Of a DNA stretch of 33,825 nt, positions 15,639 to 24,632 are shown in pieces (position 1 is the stretch's first letter; the number at the start of each line of letters is the position of its first letter). The notes below the pieces were generated by a model. The model made no database searches, was not told the origin of the DNA, and worked only from the letters and a program-made list of their open reading frames with translations. The translations under genes and the position numbers were made by a program. The stretch is from NCBI GenBank assembly GCA_964371925.1, contig CAYJOZ010000001.1, forward strand, positions 1-33,825, in the 5' to 3' direction. Origin of the DNA: an uncultured Treponemataceae bacterium. Its GTDB lineage: Bacteria; Spirochaetota; Spirochaetia; Treponematales; Treponemataceae.

Positions 15639-17810
15639 ATGAAACAAATATATTTTACGCTTATCGTTTTGTTACAACTATTTGTAACAACATTGCCTAG
15701 TTTTTCACAACGAATAGAAAACCAGCAAGTTCAACCAACTCCATATGCAAGCACCCTTATCGGTGACAAAAATGGACTTTATCAAGTATCTTCAACAAAT
15801 CAGCTCGTTCCTGTATGGCAAGAAGGAGCTGTTGATAAAATAATGTATGCCGACGGATGGTATTTTTTAACAACCAAGGGAGTTTTTTTTAGTAACAATC
15901 TGAGGGACTTTGAAGAAAGAAACAGAGGGCTTCCTTTTAGTACAATAAAGAACTTTGATGGGGAAACTACCTCTTTCACTCAACAGGTTCATCCACTAAA
16001 AGATTTAGAGTTCCTTCCAGGAGATACAAGAACTCTTGTTACTACTACCAAAGAAGAAGTTTTTTTATCACGCAACGCAGGCCTTTCTTGGCAATCACTG
16101 GGATATAGCTCAAGAACAACAGGAGCAAAAGCTGTTGCCGTTGCTATGCTCCCGTCAGAGGAAGGAGATGAAACCTTAACTGTTTTTTTATCTCATCCCA
16201 TTTATGGTGTTGCATATATACAACCTGATACGACTAATCCTACTTGGATTGATATTCCAAATGGTTTTGAAAAAATGCCAACCTTAGATAATCCCGATGA
16301 GGTTGCCGATATTTTAGTTGTAAGCAATAAAAACAGTATGGGAGTTGCAGAAACTGAAGTATACTTTACACAGAGCTTTTTACCGCGCTTATATAAGCTT
16401 GTATGGAACGAAAAAAAAGTAGAACTGATTGCCTCTCAAAAACAAGCAGCAAACACATGGGATAGCCTTGTTTCAATTGATAAAGAATTGGCCTTTGTTA
16501 GCATGCAAGGTATCCAGTTTTTTTCCCCGCTAACAAACACATTTTCAACATCAAATAGCGCAGATAAGCTACTAACAAACTTTTTAGGAACACTAGACAC
16601 AACGCCACGCAGTGGATGGTTTCCCCCAGCACGGACAGGATTATCAACAGCATTTGGATTAAATGAATTATGGATGACTAAAACAAATACAATTGAGGGA
16701 ACGTATATTGACTCTGTTTCAAACAAACAAAGCATCTATGTGCCATCGGGTCAAGTAAGCAGCCAAGCAGGAATAAACAAGTATCTTGCAATTTTAGAAG
16801 AAAACAATTTAAATAGTATTGTTATAGATATGAAAGATGATAAAGGGATTTTACGATATCACACCAAAGATCCTTTTATCGCTCAAAAGGCATTTGTGAG
16901 CAGATATGCCCTTGATATAGAACCTTTTATTGAAAAATTTAAAGCAGAAGACATTTACTTAATTGCACGAATAGTAGTTTTCAAAGATGCGAATTTGTAC
17001 AACTATAACAATCAAGAATACGCTGTATGGGATAAGTCTACAAATGCTTCTTGGCAAGGAGAAAAAGCATACCTTGAAGATGGAAGCACAACATATTATG
17101 ATGAACATTGGGTTGACCCTTATTCACATGAAGTATGGGAGTATAATGTTGCAATAGCCAAAGAGCTTATAGCTTTAGGATTTGATGAGATACAATTTGA
17201 TTACATTAGGTTTCCAACCGATGGTCGAAACTTGCATAATGCTGAGTACAGGTGGCACGAAAAAGGCATGGACAAAGAAAGTGCTATTTTGTCTTTCTTG
17301 TCATATGCCCGAAAAAATATTGATGCACCTATTGGTATAGATATTTATGGTGTTAATGGGTGGTATAGAAGTGGCCTTAGAACAGGTCAAGATGTTGAAC
17401 TTATTGCGCCCTATGTTGATGTAATAAGCCCTATGTCATACCCTAACCACTTTGAATCGTACTTTTTAGCATATAGTCCTGCAATTGAAAGGCCATACCG
17501 AATCTATTTTTATGGCACATATCGCAATGCTGTTATTGCCCGCAACCAAGTTTTAATACGGCCGTGGCTACAATCTTTTTACTTAAGTAACAATTCTTAT
17601 GACCAACAATATTACAATGCTGATTTTGTTCAAAGGCAAGTTTACGGGGTTAGAGATGCAACCGATACAGGCTATATGTATTGGAATAATGGTGGAAGAT
17701 ATGATGAGGTTTTACCGCATATTGGAGGAAGTGAACAAAGCACTCTTTATCCATGGGAAAAGGCACAAAGAGATATAACAAACACAATTCCAGCTTTTTC
17801 AGGAAAATAA
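15639..17810 (+). CDS. Secreted two-domain protein: N-terminal beta-propeller-like region plus C-terminal DUF4015-type (GHL/GH114-related TIM-barrel) putative glycoside hydrolase
   Basis: 723 aa with signal peptide MKQIYFTLIVLLQLFVTTLPSFSQ. There is one Asp-box-like SRNAGLSWQSLG. The C-terminal motifs NSIVIDMKDDKGILRYH and GFDEIQFDYIRFP match my recollection of PF13200. Confidence 0.6.
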   Translation: MKQIYFTLIVLLQLFVTTLPSFSQRIENQQVQPTPYASTLIGDKNGLYQVSSTNQLVPVWQEGAVDKIMYADGWYFLTTKGVFFSNNLRDFEERNRGLPFSTIKNFDGETTSFTQQVHPLKDLEFLPGDTRTLVTTTKEEVFLSRNAGLSWQSLGYSSRTTGAKAVAVAMLPSEEGDETLTVFLSHPIYGVAYIQPDTTNPTWIDIPNGFEKMPTLDNPDEVADILVVSNKNSMGVAETEVYFTQSFLPRLYKLVWNEKKVELIASQKQAANTWDSLVSIDKELAFVSMQGIQFFSPLTNTFSTSNSADKLLTNFLGTLDTTPRSGWFPPARTGLSTAFGLNELWMTKTNTIEGTYIDSVSNKQSIYVPSGQVSSQAGINKYLAILEENNLNSIVIDMKDDKGILRYHTKDPFIAQKAFVSRYALDIEPFIEKFKAEDIYLIARIVVFKDANLYNYNNQEYAVWDKSTNASWQGEKAYLEDGSTTYYDEHWVDPYSHEVWEYNVAIAKELIALGFDEIQFDYIRFPTDGRNLHNAEYRWHEKGMDKESAILSFLSYARKNIDAPIGIDIYGVNGWYRSGLRTGQDVELIAPYVDVISPMSYPNHFESYFLAYSPAIERPYRIYFYGTYRNAVIARNQVLIRPWLQSFYLSNNSYDQQYYNADFVQRQVYGVRDATDTGYMYWNNGGRYDEVLPHIGGSEQSTLYPWEKAQRDITNTIPAFSGK

Positions 17811-17829
17811 AACTCTAAAGGAGATTTAA

Positions 17830-18768
17830 ATGTATTCAATTTTTGATTCTTCAGTTTATGAATGGGGCCTTCAAGTTATTTATGCAGTACAAACACTTAA
17901 AAATGATTTATTAACGTACATAATGATTTTTATAAGCTTTCTTTCCGATCCTCTGGCTTATATTACATTTCTTCCTGTAGTCTTTTGGTGTGTTGATGAA
18001 AAGAAAAGCTTGAAAGCTGCACTGCTAGTATTATTTTCAGCTTCTCTTAATACGAGTCTCAAAAATTACTTACAAGTTAATAGGCCTTATATTGGTGATT
18101 CTTCTTTAAACCTAATTCCCGAGGAAGGTTATTCGACACCTTCGGGTCATTCACAAAATTCAGCAGCATTTTGGCCATATACAGTGTCACTCTTTGCAAA
18201 AAATAAAAAAAGCAAAAAATGGTTTTCTTTTAAAATTCTTTTATCTGTAGGCCTTCCTCTTATAATTGGCTTTTCAAGGATCTACCTTGGTGTTCATTAC
18301 CCGTCTGATGTTCTTCTTGGATGGACGCTTGGTTTTTTACTTTCACTTGGAGCAATGCTTTTTTCACAGAGCATTGAAAACATTTTTGTTCGCATACCCA
18401 GAACTTTCAAAATTTTAATTGTTGGTAGTATTACCTTTATCTTAAACTTATTAGGGCCTTTAGATACTTCTATGTCTGCAGCTTTTTTTGGACTTAGTAT
18501 AGGCTATATTTATCTATCTTCAACAGGTGGTTTTGATGCTAGAAAAGGCTCCATTTTACAAAAGATCCTCCGCTCCGCACTGGGAATTTTTGTTCTTGGC
18601 CTCATTTATATAGGTCTAAGCCAAGTTTTTCCTTCTGAATTTGAACAGAATTATCACCTCTTTAGATTTTTACGCTATCTATTAGTTGGTTTTACAGCAA
18701 GCTTTATTCTCCCCAAAATTTTTATTTCTATGAAAATTGGGTTTGCAAAGGGAGAAAACAATGAGTAA
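17830..18768 (+). CDS. PAP2-family (acid/lipid/undecaprenyl-PP type) phosphatase, polytopic membrane protein
   Basis: 312 aa. The three PAP2 motifs are present: KNYLQVNRP (KxxxxxxRP), PSGH and SRIYLGVHYPSDV (SRxxxxxHxxxD). AAAGGAG lies upstream. Confidence 0.85.
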   Translation: MYSIFDSSVYEWGLQVIYAVQTLKNDLLTYIMIFISFLSDPLAYITFLPVVFWCVDEKKSLKAALLVLFSASLNTSLKNYLQVNRPYIGDSSLNLIPEEGYSTPSGHSQNSAAFWPYTVSLFAKNKKSKKWFSFKILLSVGLPLIIGFSRIYLGVHYPSDVLLGWTLGFLLSLGAMLFSQSIENIFVRIPRTFKILIVGSITFILNLLGPLDTSMSAAFFGLSIGYIYLSSTGGFDARKGSILQKILRSALGIFVLGLIYIGLSQVFPSEFEQNYHLFRFLRYLLVGFTASFILPKIFISMKIGFAKGENNE

Positions 18769-20134
18769 ATACACACCAGAAGAACCAATTGTAGCAATTG
18801 CAACGGCGCTTGCTCCATCGGCCTTAGGCATCGTACGAGTTTCAGGTACAAACTGCCTTTCCTTGCTTTCTCAAGCTTTTTCACGACCAAAGGCTCTTTC
18901 AGAAGCGCAAGGAAATACTTTGGTATATGGATGGATAATAAATAACGAATCTAAAGAAAAGATTGATGAAGTTATGATAGGTATTTATCGAGCCCCCAAA
19001 AGCTTTACCGGTGAAAACATGGCAGAAATTTTTTGCCATGGAGGAACAATTACCGTTCTAGCAGTTTACAACATATTACAAAAAGTGGGTTTTCGCATAG
19101 CAGAGCCAGGAGAATTTACTTTTCGTTCTTTTATAAACAGAAAAATAGATTTAACACAAGCAGAAGCTGTGCATGAAATTATTGATTCGAAAACTGATGA
19201 GAGCAGAAGCAGAGCTGCAGGCAGGCTTGCAGGTAACTTATTTCAAGAAATTGATGCTATTAAAAAACTCTTAATTGAAACGTTAGCAGACATTGAAGCA
19301 GAAGTAGAGTATCCTGAAGATGAAAATGCCATATCCAATGCTTACAATCCAGACAAAATTTTTCTCGCTCATTCACAGCTTTCTCAAATTTCTCAAAGCT
19401 GGCAAAGTGAAAAACTTTACCAAGAAGGCGTTCGCATTGTTTTGTCAGGGAAAACAAATGCAGGGAAATCGAGTTTATTTAACGTGTTATTAAAGGAAGA
19501 CCGTGCAATTGTCTCCGACATTCATGGGACAACCCGAGATTGGATAGAAAGTTGGCTTTCCATCGGAGGTATTCCAGCTCGCCTTTTTGATACTGCAGGG
19601 CTTCGCATTACCGACGATGTTATTGAACAAGCAGGTGTAGAACGCTCTCACGAACTAGCAAAAGAAGCAGATTTGGTATTATATTTGGTAGATAGCACAA
19701 AAGAACTCAACGAGGAAGAGATATGTACAATAAAAAGCTTTTCTTCCCCTGTAATTATAGTTTGGAATAAATGCGACAAAATTGATAAAAATGAAAAACC
19801 CCAAATCCTTTTAGATTCACCACAAGTATTTGTAAGTTCTAAAACAGGTGAGGGGGTTTCTACCTTAATTTCTTCAATCCAGGCTATTTTATTAGGTAAA
19901 AATAAAACAGAAAAGTCTCAAGCTGGGCTAGGGTCTCAACGGCAAAAAAAAGCTGTTGATGATGCTTTAGAAGCCTTAAACCAAACAATTGAAGCCACAA
20001 AAAAAGAGCTACCCCTAGATGCTGTATCACAAGATTTAGAAGAAGCTCTAATACATTTAGGAGAAATCACTGGAGAAGTAAGCCCCGACGATATTCTTCA
20101 AAGTATTTTTTCTCGTTTTTGTGTAGGAAAATAA
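18761..20134 (+). CDS. mnmE: tRNA modification GTPase MnmE (TrmE)
   Basis: The ORF opens at 18737, but ATG 18761 (MSKYTPEEPIVAIATA...) has GGGAG 6 nt upstream and forms an ATGAGTAA overlap with the PAP2 stop. G-domain motifs GKTNAGKSSLFN, DTAG and NKCD are present, plus the hallmark C-terminal CVGK. Confidence 0.93.
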   Translation: MSKYTPEEPIVAIATALAPSALGIVRVSGTNCLSLLSQAFSRPKALSEAQGNTLVYGWIINNESKEKIDEVMIGIYRAPKSFTGENMAEIFCHGGTITVLAVYNILQKVGFRIAEPGEFTFRSFINRKIDLTQAEAVHEIIDSKTDESRSRAAGRLAGNLFQEIDAIKKLLIETLADIEAEVEYPEDENAISNAYNPDKIFLAHSQLSQISQSWQSEKLYQEGVRIVLSGKTNAGKSSLFNVLLKEDRAIVSDIHGTTRDWIESWLSIGGIPARLFDTAGLRITDDVIEQAGVERSHELAKEADLVLYLVDSTKELNEEEICTIKSFSSPVIIVWNKCDKIDKNEKPQILLDSPQVFVSSKTGEGVSTLISSIQAILLGKNKTEKSQAGLGSQRQKKAVDDALEALNQTIEATKKELPLDAVSQDLEEALIHLGEITGEVSPDDILQSIFSRFCVGK

Positions 20135-20135
20135 C

Positions 20136-20396
20136 TTATTTTCTTTTACTTCCAAAAATAGGTTGCATTTTTTCTTCAAGGTCATATTTACGTATGACTA
20201 TTTTTGTTACCTTTTGATAAATTACCATACCCACAATTATTGCAAGGATAAAGATAAAAGGAAGTGCCATACCTATATTTTCTTTTAAAATAAGGCCGCC
20301 AATCAAAGTAAAAAGTACAATTAGTATAATTGTAAGTATAATATTTGCTAGCGTTCCCAAAACTAAAAATAAAACTGTGTTTTGCTTCTTTGTCAT
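20136..20396 (-). CDS. Small (86 aa) two-TM membrane protein, unknown function
   Basis: Two hydrophobic helices (VLFLVLGTLANIILTIILIVLFTLIGGLIL and ALPFIFILAIIVGMVIY) and a basic C-terminus. AAGGAAG lies 4 nt upstream, 9 nt after the lspA stop. Confidence 0.55.
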   Translation of the reverse strand: MTKKQNTVLFLVLGTLANIILTIILIVLFTLIGGLILKENIGMALPFIFILAIIVGMVIYQKVTKIVIRKYDLEEKMQPIFGSKRK

Positions 20397-20405
20397 TTTT
20401 CTTCC

Positions 20406-20981
20406 TTACCCTTTTTTTTGCTTTTCTAGTTGAATTTCACGAACTGCTTCTTTTAAAAAAGAAAATAGCAACAGTGCACCACTTACAACAACAGCCATAT
20501 CAGCTACATTGAACACCGGCCATCTGGTTAAATAAAACCCCAGAAAATCAATGTCAAAAAAGTCCACGTCAATGAAATCTACGACACCACCTGGGCGAAA
20601 AAATCTGTCTATAAGGTTTCCAAAACCTCCACCAATGATTCCCCAAAGGCACCATTCTTGAAAACGACTTAATTCTTTAGTTTTAAAATAATAGATAATT
20701 ATTCCAATTAATACAAGTAAAGGAAACCACTTTAAAAGAAGGGTGCGTATTAATGGTGCAAAATCGTGTCCAAAACTAAAAGCTGCCCCTGTGTTCCAAA
20801 CGTGTGTTATTCGTAAAAATCCGTCAAAGAAACTTGCGTAAATTGTTCCAAAATCAATAGTATTAAAAACCATGAGTTTAGTAACTTGATCAATAAGTAT
20901 AATACCCAGTGCTAAAAAAATAGGTAAAATTTTGTACATTTTATCTTGTGTTTTTTCTTTTTTTATCTCTAATGTTTCCAC
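20406..20981 (-). CDS. lspA: Lipoprotein signal peptidase (signal peptidase II)
   Basis: 191 aa. The start is GTG at 20981 with GGAG 5 nt upstream; an alternative ATG is at 20939. LspA-like IDQVTK, NTGAAFS and FNVADMAV motifs are present with four TMs. Confidence 0.88.
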   Translation of the reverse strand: METLEIKKEKTQDKMYKILPIFLALGIILIDQVTKLMVFNTIDFGTIYASFFDGFLRITHVWNTGAAFSFGHDFAPLIRTLLLKWFPLLVLIGIIIYYFKTKELSRFQEWCLWGIIGGGFGNLIDRFFRPGGVVDFIDVDFFDIDFLGFYLTRWPVFNVADMAVVVSGALLLFSFLKEAVREIQLEKQKKG

Positions 20982-21024
20982 AGTAACTCCTGAAAAGCAG
21001 TATAACCCAAATTATATTTTGTGG

Positions 21025-21792
21025 CTATAGGCCTGTAGGTATATCTAAAAGAACCGTATCGATCCCTTTTTCTTTTTGTAATTTTTTTGCTAATAATGAT
21101 ACTCCAATCGTTTCAGTATTGTAGTGCCCACCAGCTATTACATTTATTTGAGCCTCTTTTGCGCAGTGATAGCTTTCATGAGAAATCTCACCTGTAATGT
21201 ATAAATCCATCTCACTATCAATAGCTTCAGAAAGTAAATCTCCTGCTCCTCCAGAAACAATTGCAACTTTCGTTATATCTTTTTTTCCAAAAGGTAGCAC
21301 TACAGTAGGTCTTTCCCCCGATGAAAAAAGATCTTTAGCTATTGATTCCATTGTCTTTGGCTCAGAAAAAAGACCTTTTACGCCGATTGACATTGAAGCC
21401 CATGTACCAAAAGGTTCTAAGTTATCTAGTCCAATTTGCCGAGCAAGCCCATAGTTATTTCCTACTTCTTCATTTGCGTCTAGTGGTACATGACAAGCAT
21501 ATAAAGCTATATTTGCCTCTATAAGCCGTTTAATGCGCTCGTAGTGGCTTGCTACAATCGTTTGCTCATGACCCCAAAAAAGTCCATGATGGACAACTAA
21601 TACTTGTGCATTGCATCGCACGGCTTGTTCAATTGATTCCACGCATGCATCAACCGCAAAGGCAACCGTTGTAATTTTATCTGTCGCTGGCTGTGCATTT
21701 TGTACTTGTATACCATTTTTTGATGGGTCTTGGGAATAATCATCTATGTTTAAAAAAGATCTAAAATAATCATCTAAACTATGTAATGTCAT
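21025..21792 (-). CDS. Nif3-like dinuclear metal centre protein (YbgI/GTP cyclohydrolase 1 type 2 homologue)
   Basis: 255 aa. It aligns along its length to E. coli YbgI from memory: NGIQV, VLVVHHGLFW, LYACHVPLDANEEVGNN, ITGEISH, GGHYNTE. GGAGG lies 4 nt upstream, and ATGA overlaps the upstream gene. Confidence 0.9.
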   Translation of the reverse strand: MTLHSLDDYFRSFLNIDDYSQDPSKNGIQVQNAQPATDKITTVAFAVDACVESIEQAVRCNAQVLVVHHGLFWGHEQTIVASHYERIKRLIEANIALYACHVPLDANEEVGNNYGLARQIGLDNLEPFGTWASMSIGVKGLFSEPKTMESIAKDLFSSGERPTVVLPFGKKDITKVAIVSGGAGDLLSEAIDSEMDLYITGEISHESYHCAKEAQINVIAGGHYNTETIGVSLLAKKLQKEKGIDTVLLDIPTGL

Positions 21793-22874
21793 AGTACCTC
21801 CGCGCTAAGTTCTTTAATTCGCCCGACTATCAATCGTGCAATTCGTAAATGAGGTTTCTCTGTTTTTGCAAAACTACGAAAAGTAGTATATTCATCAAAG
21901 GTATCAAACTTAGATAAAAGTGCATCAAGAGGATTCATTAAAGCAAAATCTGCAATTCCTTTTCCATAATAAAATTCTAATACATCATCTTCTGTGCTAG
22001 AGAAAATACCAGCAACAAAGTTTGGATATTTTCTTCTGGCTTCAAGAGCGACTTCACGGATATCCCCTTCTGCAAAAATCAAAACAGAAGAATACTTTTG
22101 GCCTGCCAAAGAAAGAAGAACTTCTAACTCAAGCGCCTTTTGCTCAAGGAAAGCATCTTTTTGATGCAAATCGGGTTTGCTCATAAAGTGTAAAGTGTAG
22201 GGTGTTAAAATAGGATTAGCATTCCTAGGCAAGTCTATTTCTGTTCCTGTTTTTAATGCATCCTGTGCATAAAAATCTCCTGTAAAAACATTTACTCCCA
22301 TTTCTGCTATGGTAGATAAGCGTAATGCAGAGTCTTCAGATGTCGTCCCTATGGTGCTTATATATACTACCGCAATGTTGTTTGTGTTTTGAATGCTTTC
22401 AGGTTCACTATATTCTGTTACTATTAAGTTTGTTTTGCTTAATAGTTCTACTTTTTCTGTAAAGCCTCGTGAAAAGGAACCTGTGTATAATGTTTTTTCT
22501 TGAATACTAGAATTATATATGGCAGGCTGGAAAAAAAAGCACGCAACAAGGCAAATCACACTTAAAAAAGCTTCTAAATAAGAAAAAAAACAAAACAAAA
22601 GACTACTTCGAACGGTATACAAAGAGTTTGTCAACCGATATAAACTTGCAATATTGGTTATAAAAACCAACAAGGAAAGAAGCAGTAAAACAAGCCACAT
22701 AATACTTAGCCCATAAATTAAAATGCATAATGAACTTAAAAAAACCGCTATTACAGAAAAAACAGAAAAAGTTTCAGAATTTTGTGTTTTTTTTAGTTTC
22801 GGGCGTAATGTAGCAAAGAGTAATAATGCAAGAACAACGCATTGCCCAACTAAAATATCATTAAAAAAGTCCAT
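21789..22874 (-). CDS. Membrane protein of unknown function (about 4 N-terminal TMs plus a C-terminal soluble domain of about 230 aa)
   Basis: 361 aa with no recognisable catalytic motif. It is the first gene of the nif3-lspA unit. TATTAT (22885..22880) lies 5 nt upstream of the ATG, and there is no SD. Confidence 0.6.
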   Translation of the reverse strand: MDFFNDILVGQCVVLALLLFATLRPKLKKTQNSETFSVFSVIAVFLSSLCILIYGLSIMWLVLLLLSLLVFITNIASLYRLTNSLYTVRSSLLFCFFSYLEAFLSVICLVACFFFQPAIYNSSIQEKTLYTGSFSRGFTEKVELLSKTNLIVTEYSEPESIQNTNNIAVVYISTIGTTSEDSALRLSTIAEMGVNVFTGDFYAQDALKTGTEIDLPRNANPILTPYTLHFMSKPDLHQKDAFLEQKALELEVLLSLAGQKYSSVLIFAEGDIREVALEARRKYPNFVAGIFSSTEDDVLEFYYGKGIADFALMNPLDALLSKFDTFDEYTTFRSFAKTEKPHLRIARLIVGRIKELSAEVL

Positions 22875-23128
22875 ACAGTATAATAAAGGAAATGGCCAAA
22901 TAAAACAACTGTATTTTTAAATTTCGAAGCAAAATGAATGTAAAAAAATAGTATACGTCATAAACCTCCACTATTTTTGTAAGCACATCGTAAAAGCAAG
23001 AGTACGACTCAAACCGAGTGGGCTCGCTTTGCTCAGCAACGGTTTTCAAAGCTCTAATCGTTCACTTTAGTAAAGAAAAGCAAAGTGTGAATAGTTCCAA
23101 AAAAATAAGATAGAAAGCTTTTTATGGC

Positions 23129-23156
23129 TTTACTTTTTTCCATTTTATGGTATAAT
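23129..23156 (+). promoter_or_regulatory. Candidate promoter of the HDOD gene (leaderless geometry)
   Basis: TTTACT (23129..23134), 16-nt spacer, extended -10 TGgTATAAT (23148..23156), then 6 nt before ATG 23163. No SD is present. Confidence 0.5.
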
Positions 23157-23162
23157 AATTTT

Positions 23163-24632
23163 ATGGCAGAATCAAAGTTAGATACATCAAAAATCCAAAA
23201 AGCTATTCAAGCTGGAATTCCTATTTCTATCACTACTCATACCCTTCCTCATGAAATGGAATTATATATGGCTGAAGTTTTAGTTGCTTTTTTGAAAGAA
23301 CTTAATCAAGAAGCAATGTCAGAATACTTAATTTATTGTCTAAATGAACTTAAAAAAGCAAATACAAAACGAGTCTATTTTAAAGAAAAAGGATTCGATA
23401 TTACAAATATTGATGATTATGATGAAGGTATGAAGAATTTCAAGTCTGACACTCTTGATAATATTAAGCATTATTTAAAGATGCAGCAAGATCAAGGCTA
23501 TTATATTAAACTTATTTTTCAACATAGAGCAGGAAAAATAAAAATTGAAATTCGGAACAATGCTCCTTTAACAATTTTTGAATACAAACGTATCCACGAT
23601 AAAATTGCCCGTGCACAACGCTATTCATCTGTAGATGATGCTTTTTCACAAATTCTTGATGATTCAGAAGGTGCTGGTCTTGGTATAATTATCATGATTC
23701 TAATGCTAAAGAAACTTGGATTGACAGGAGATAACTTTCAAGTTTTCTCTGAAAATGAAGAAACAGTTTCTCGAATCATTCTACCGCTAACAGGCGATAT
23801 GCAAGAAAAAATGTCAATTCTTTCAACAGAACTTGTTAATATGATAGATCAATTACCGCAATTCCCTGAAAACATAATTCATATTAATAATATGCTCAAT
23901 GACCCTGAGTTTAAATTATCTGACATAGCTAGAAGTATTAGCAGTGACGTATCACTTACAGCAGATCTTCTAAAACTTGTAAACTCTGCTGCATTCTCGT
24001 TAACATCACCATGCAGAAATATTCCAGATGCCGTTAAACTTGTCGGTACCAGAGGTATTAAAAATCTTTTATATTCCGTAGGCTCAATGAAGTCTGTAGG
24101 AACAGCTACAAAAGAGCAAAAAAAATTATGGCAGCACAGTCACAGAGTAGCCTTTTATTCATATAATTTGAGCCGTAATTTTTTCCCAAAACAAAGAGAT
24201 GTTATAGAAGATTCATATGTTTGTGGTTTGTTACATGATATGGGAAAAGGTGTATTTTATTCCGCACAACCTCATTTTATGACTAAACTCAAAAATCTTA
24301 GTGATGAAAAAACAATTGAGCCTCATACTTTTGAAAAACTACTTTCTGGTCAAAACCACGCGGAAATAGGTGCGCTTATTGCTGCAAAGTGGAATTTTCC
24401 TCCAATGATTATAGAAACACTACGTCTTCACCATGACCCTGATGTTGATAAACCTCTTTCAGTTGTAGTATACTTTGCAAATATGCTTGCAAATTACCAA
24501 GAGGGTGGAGTAGAGTTTTATCAGTTTGATACTGAAATTCTTGAAGTTTTTAAAGTTTCTAACGAAGAACAACTTATTCAGTTATCAGAAAAGCTTAAAG
24601 CGGCTTTTGAATCTGAGAACGAAGACGAGTAG
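23163..24632 (+). CDS. HDOD-domain signalling protein with N-terminal degenerate GHKL-ATPase-like domain
   Basis: The ORF opens at 23124, but I prefer the Met at 23163 (MAESKLD...) because of the promoter geometry. The HDOD region runs PEFKLSDIARSISSDVSLTADLLKLVNSAAFSL...IPDAVKLVGTRGIKNLL, with GLLHDMGK and LRLHHDPD. The N-terminal KIKIEIRNNAPL and DSEGAGLGIIIM resemble the G1/G2 boxes of HATPase_c. Confidence 0.75.
   Translation: MAESKLDTSKIQKAIQAGIPISITTHTLPHEMELYMAEVLVAFLKELNQEAMSEYLIYCLNELKKANTKRVYFKEKGFDITNIDDYDEGMKNFKSDTLDNIKHYLKMQQDQGYYIKLIFQHRAGKIKIEIRNNAPLTIFEYKRIHDKIARAQRYSSVDDAFSQILDDSEGAGLGIIIMILMLKKLGLTGDNFQVFSENEETVSRIILPLTGDMQEKMSILSTELVNMIDQLPQFPENIIHINNMLNDPEFKLSDIARSISSDVSLTADLLKLVNSAAFSLTSPCRNIPDAVKLVGTRGIKNLLYSVGSMKSVGTATKEQKKLWQHSHRVAFYSYNLSRNFFPKQRDVIEDSYVCGLLHDMGKGVFYSAQPHFMTKLKNLSDEKTIEPHTFEKLLSGQNHAEIGALIAAKWNFPPMIIETLRLHHDPDVDKPLSVVVYFANMLANYQEGGVEFYQFDTEILEVFKVSNEEQLIQLSEKLKAAFESENEDE

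Noticed and set aside
22875-23128. Relatively GC-richer island (about 22985..23070, ...CAAACCGAGTGGGCTCGCTTTGCTCAGCAACGG...) in the divergent spacer, checked as a possible tRNA, riboswitch or sRNA; also the 62-aa ORF 22861..23049 (-)
   Set aside because: I found no tRNA T-loop (GTTCRA) or acceptor pairing on either strand. It does not resemble GEMM/c-di-GMP, TPP, FMN or SRP motifs I know. There are only short (4-9 bp) imperfect hairpins and no adjacent promoter or terminator. The ORF overlaps the start of the membrane protein gene and has no SD. The region is possibly a regulator binding site, but I cannot support a call.
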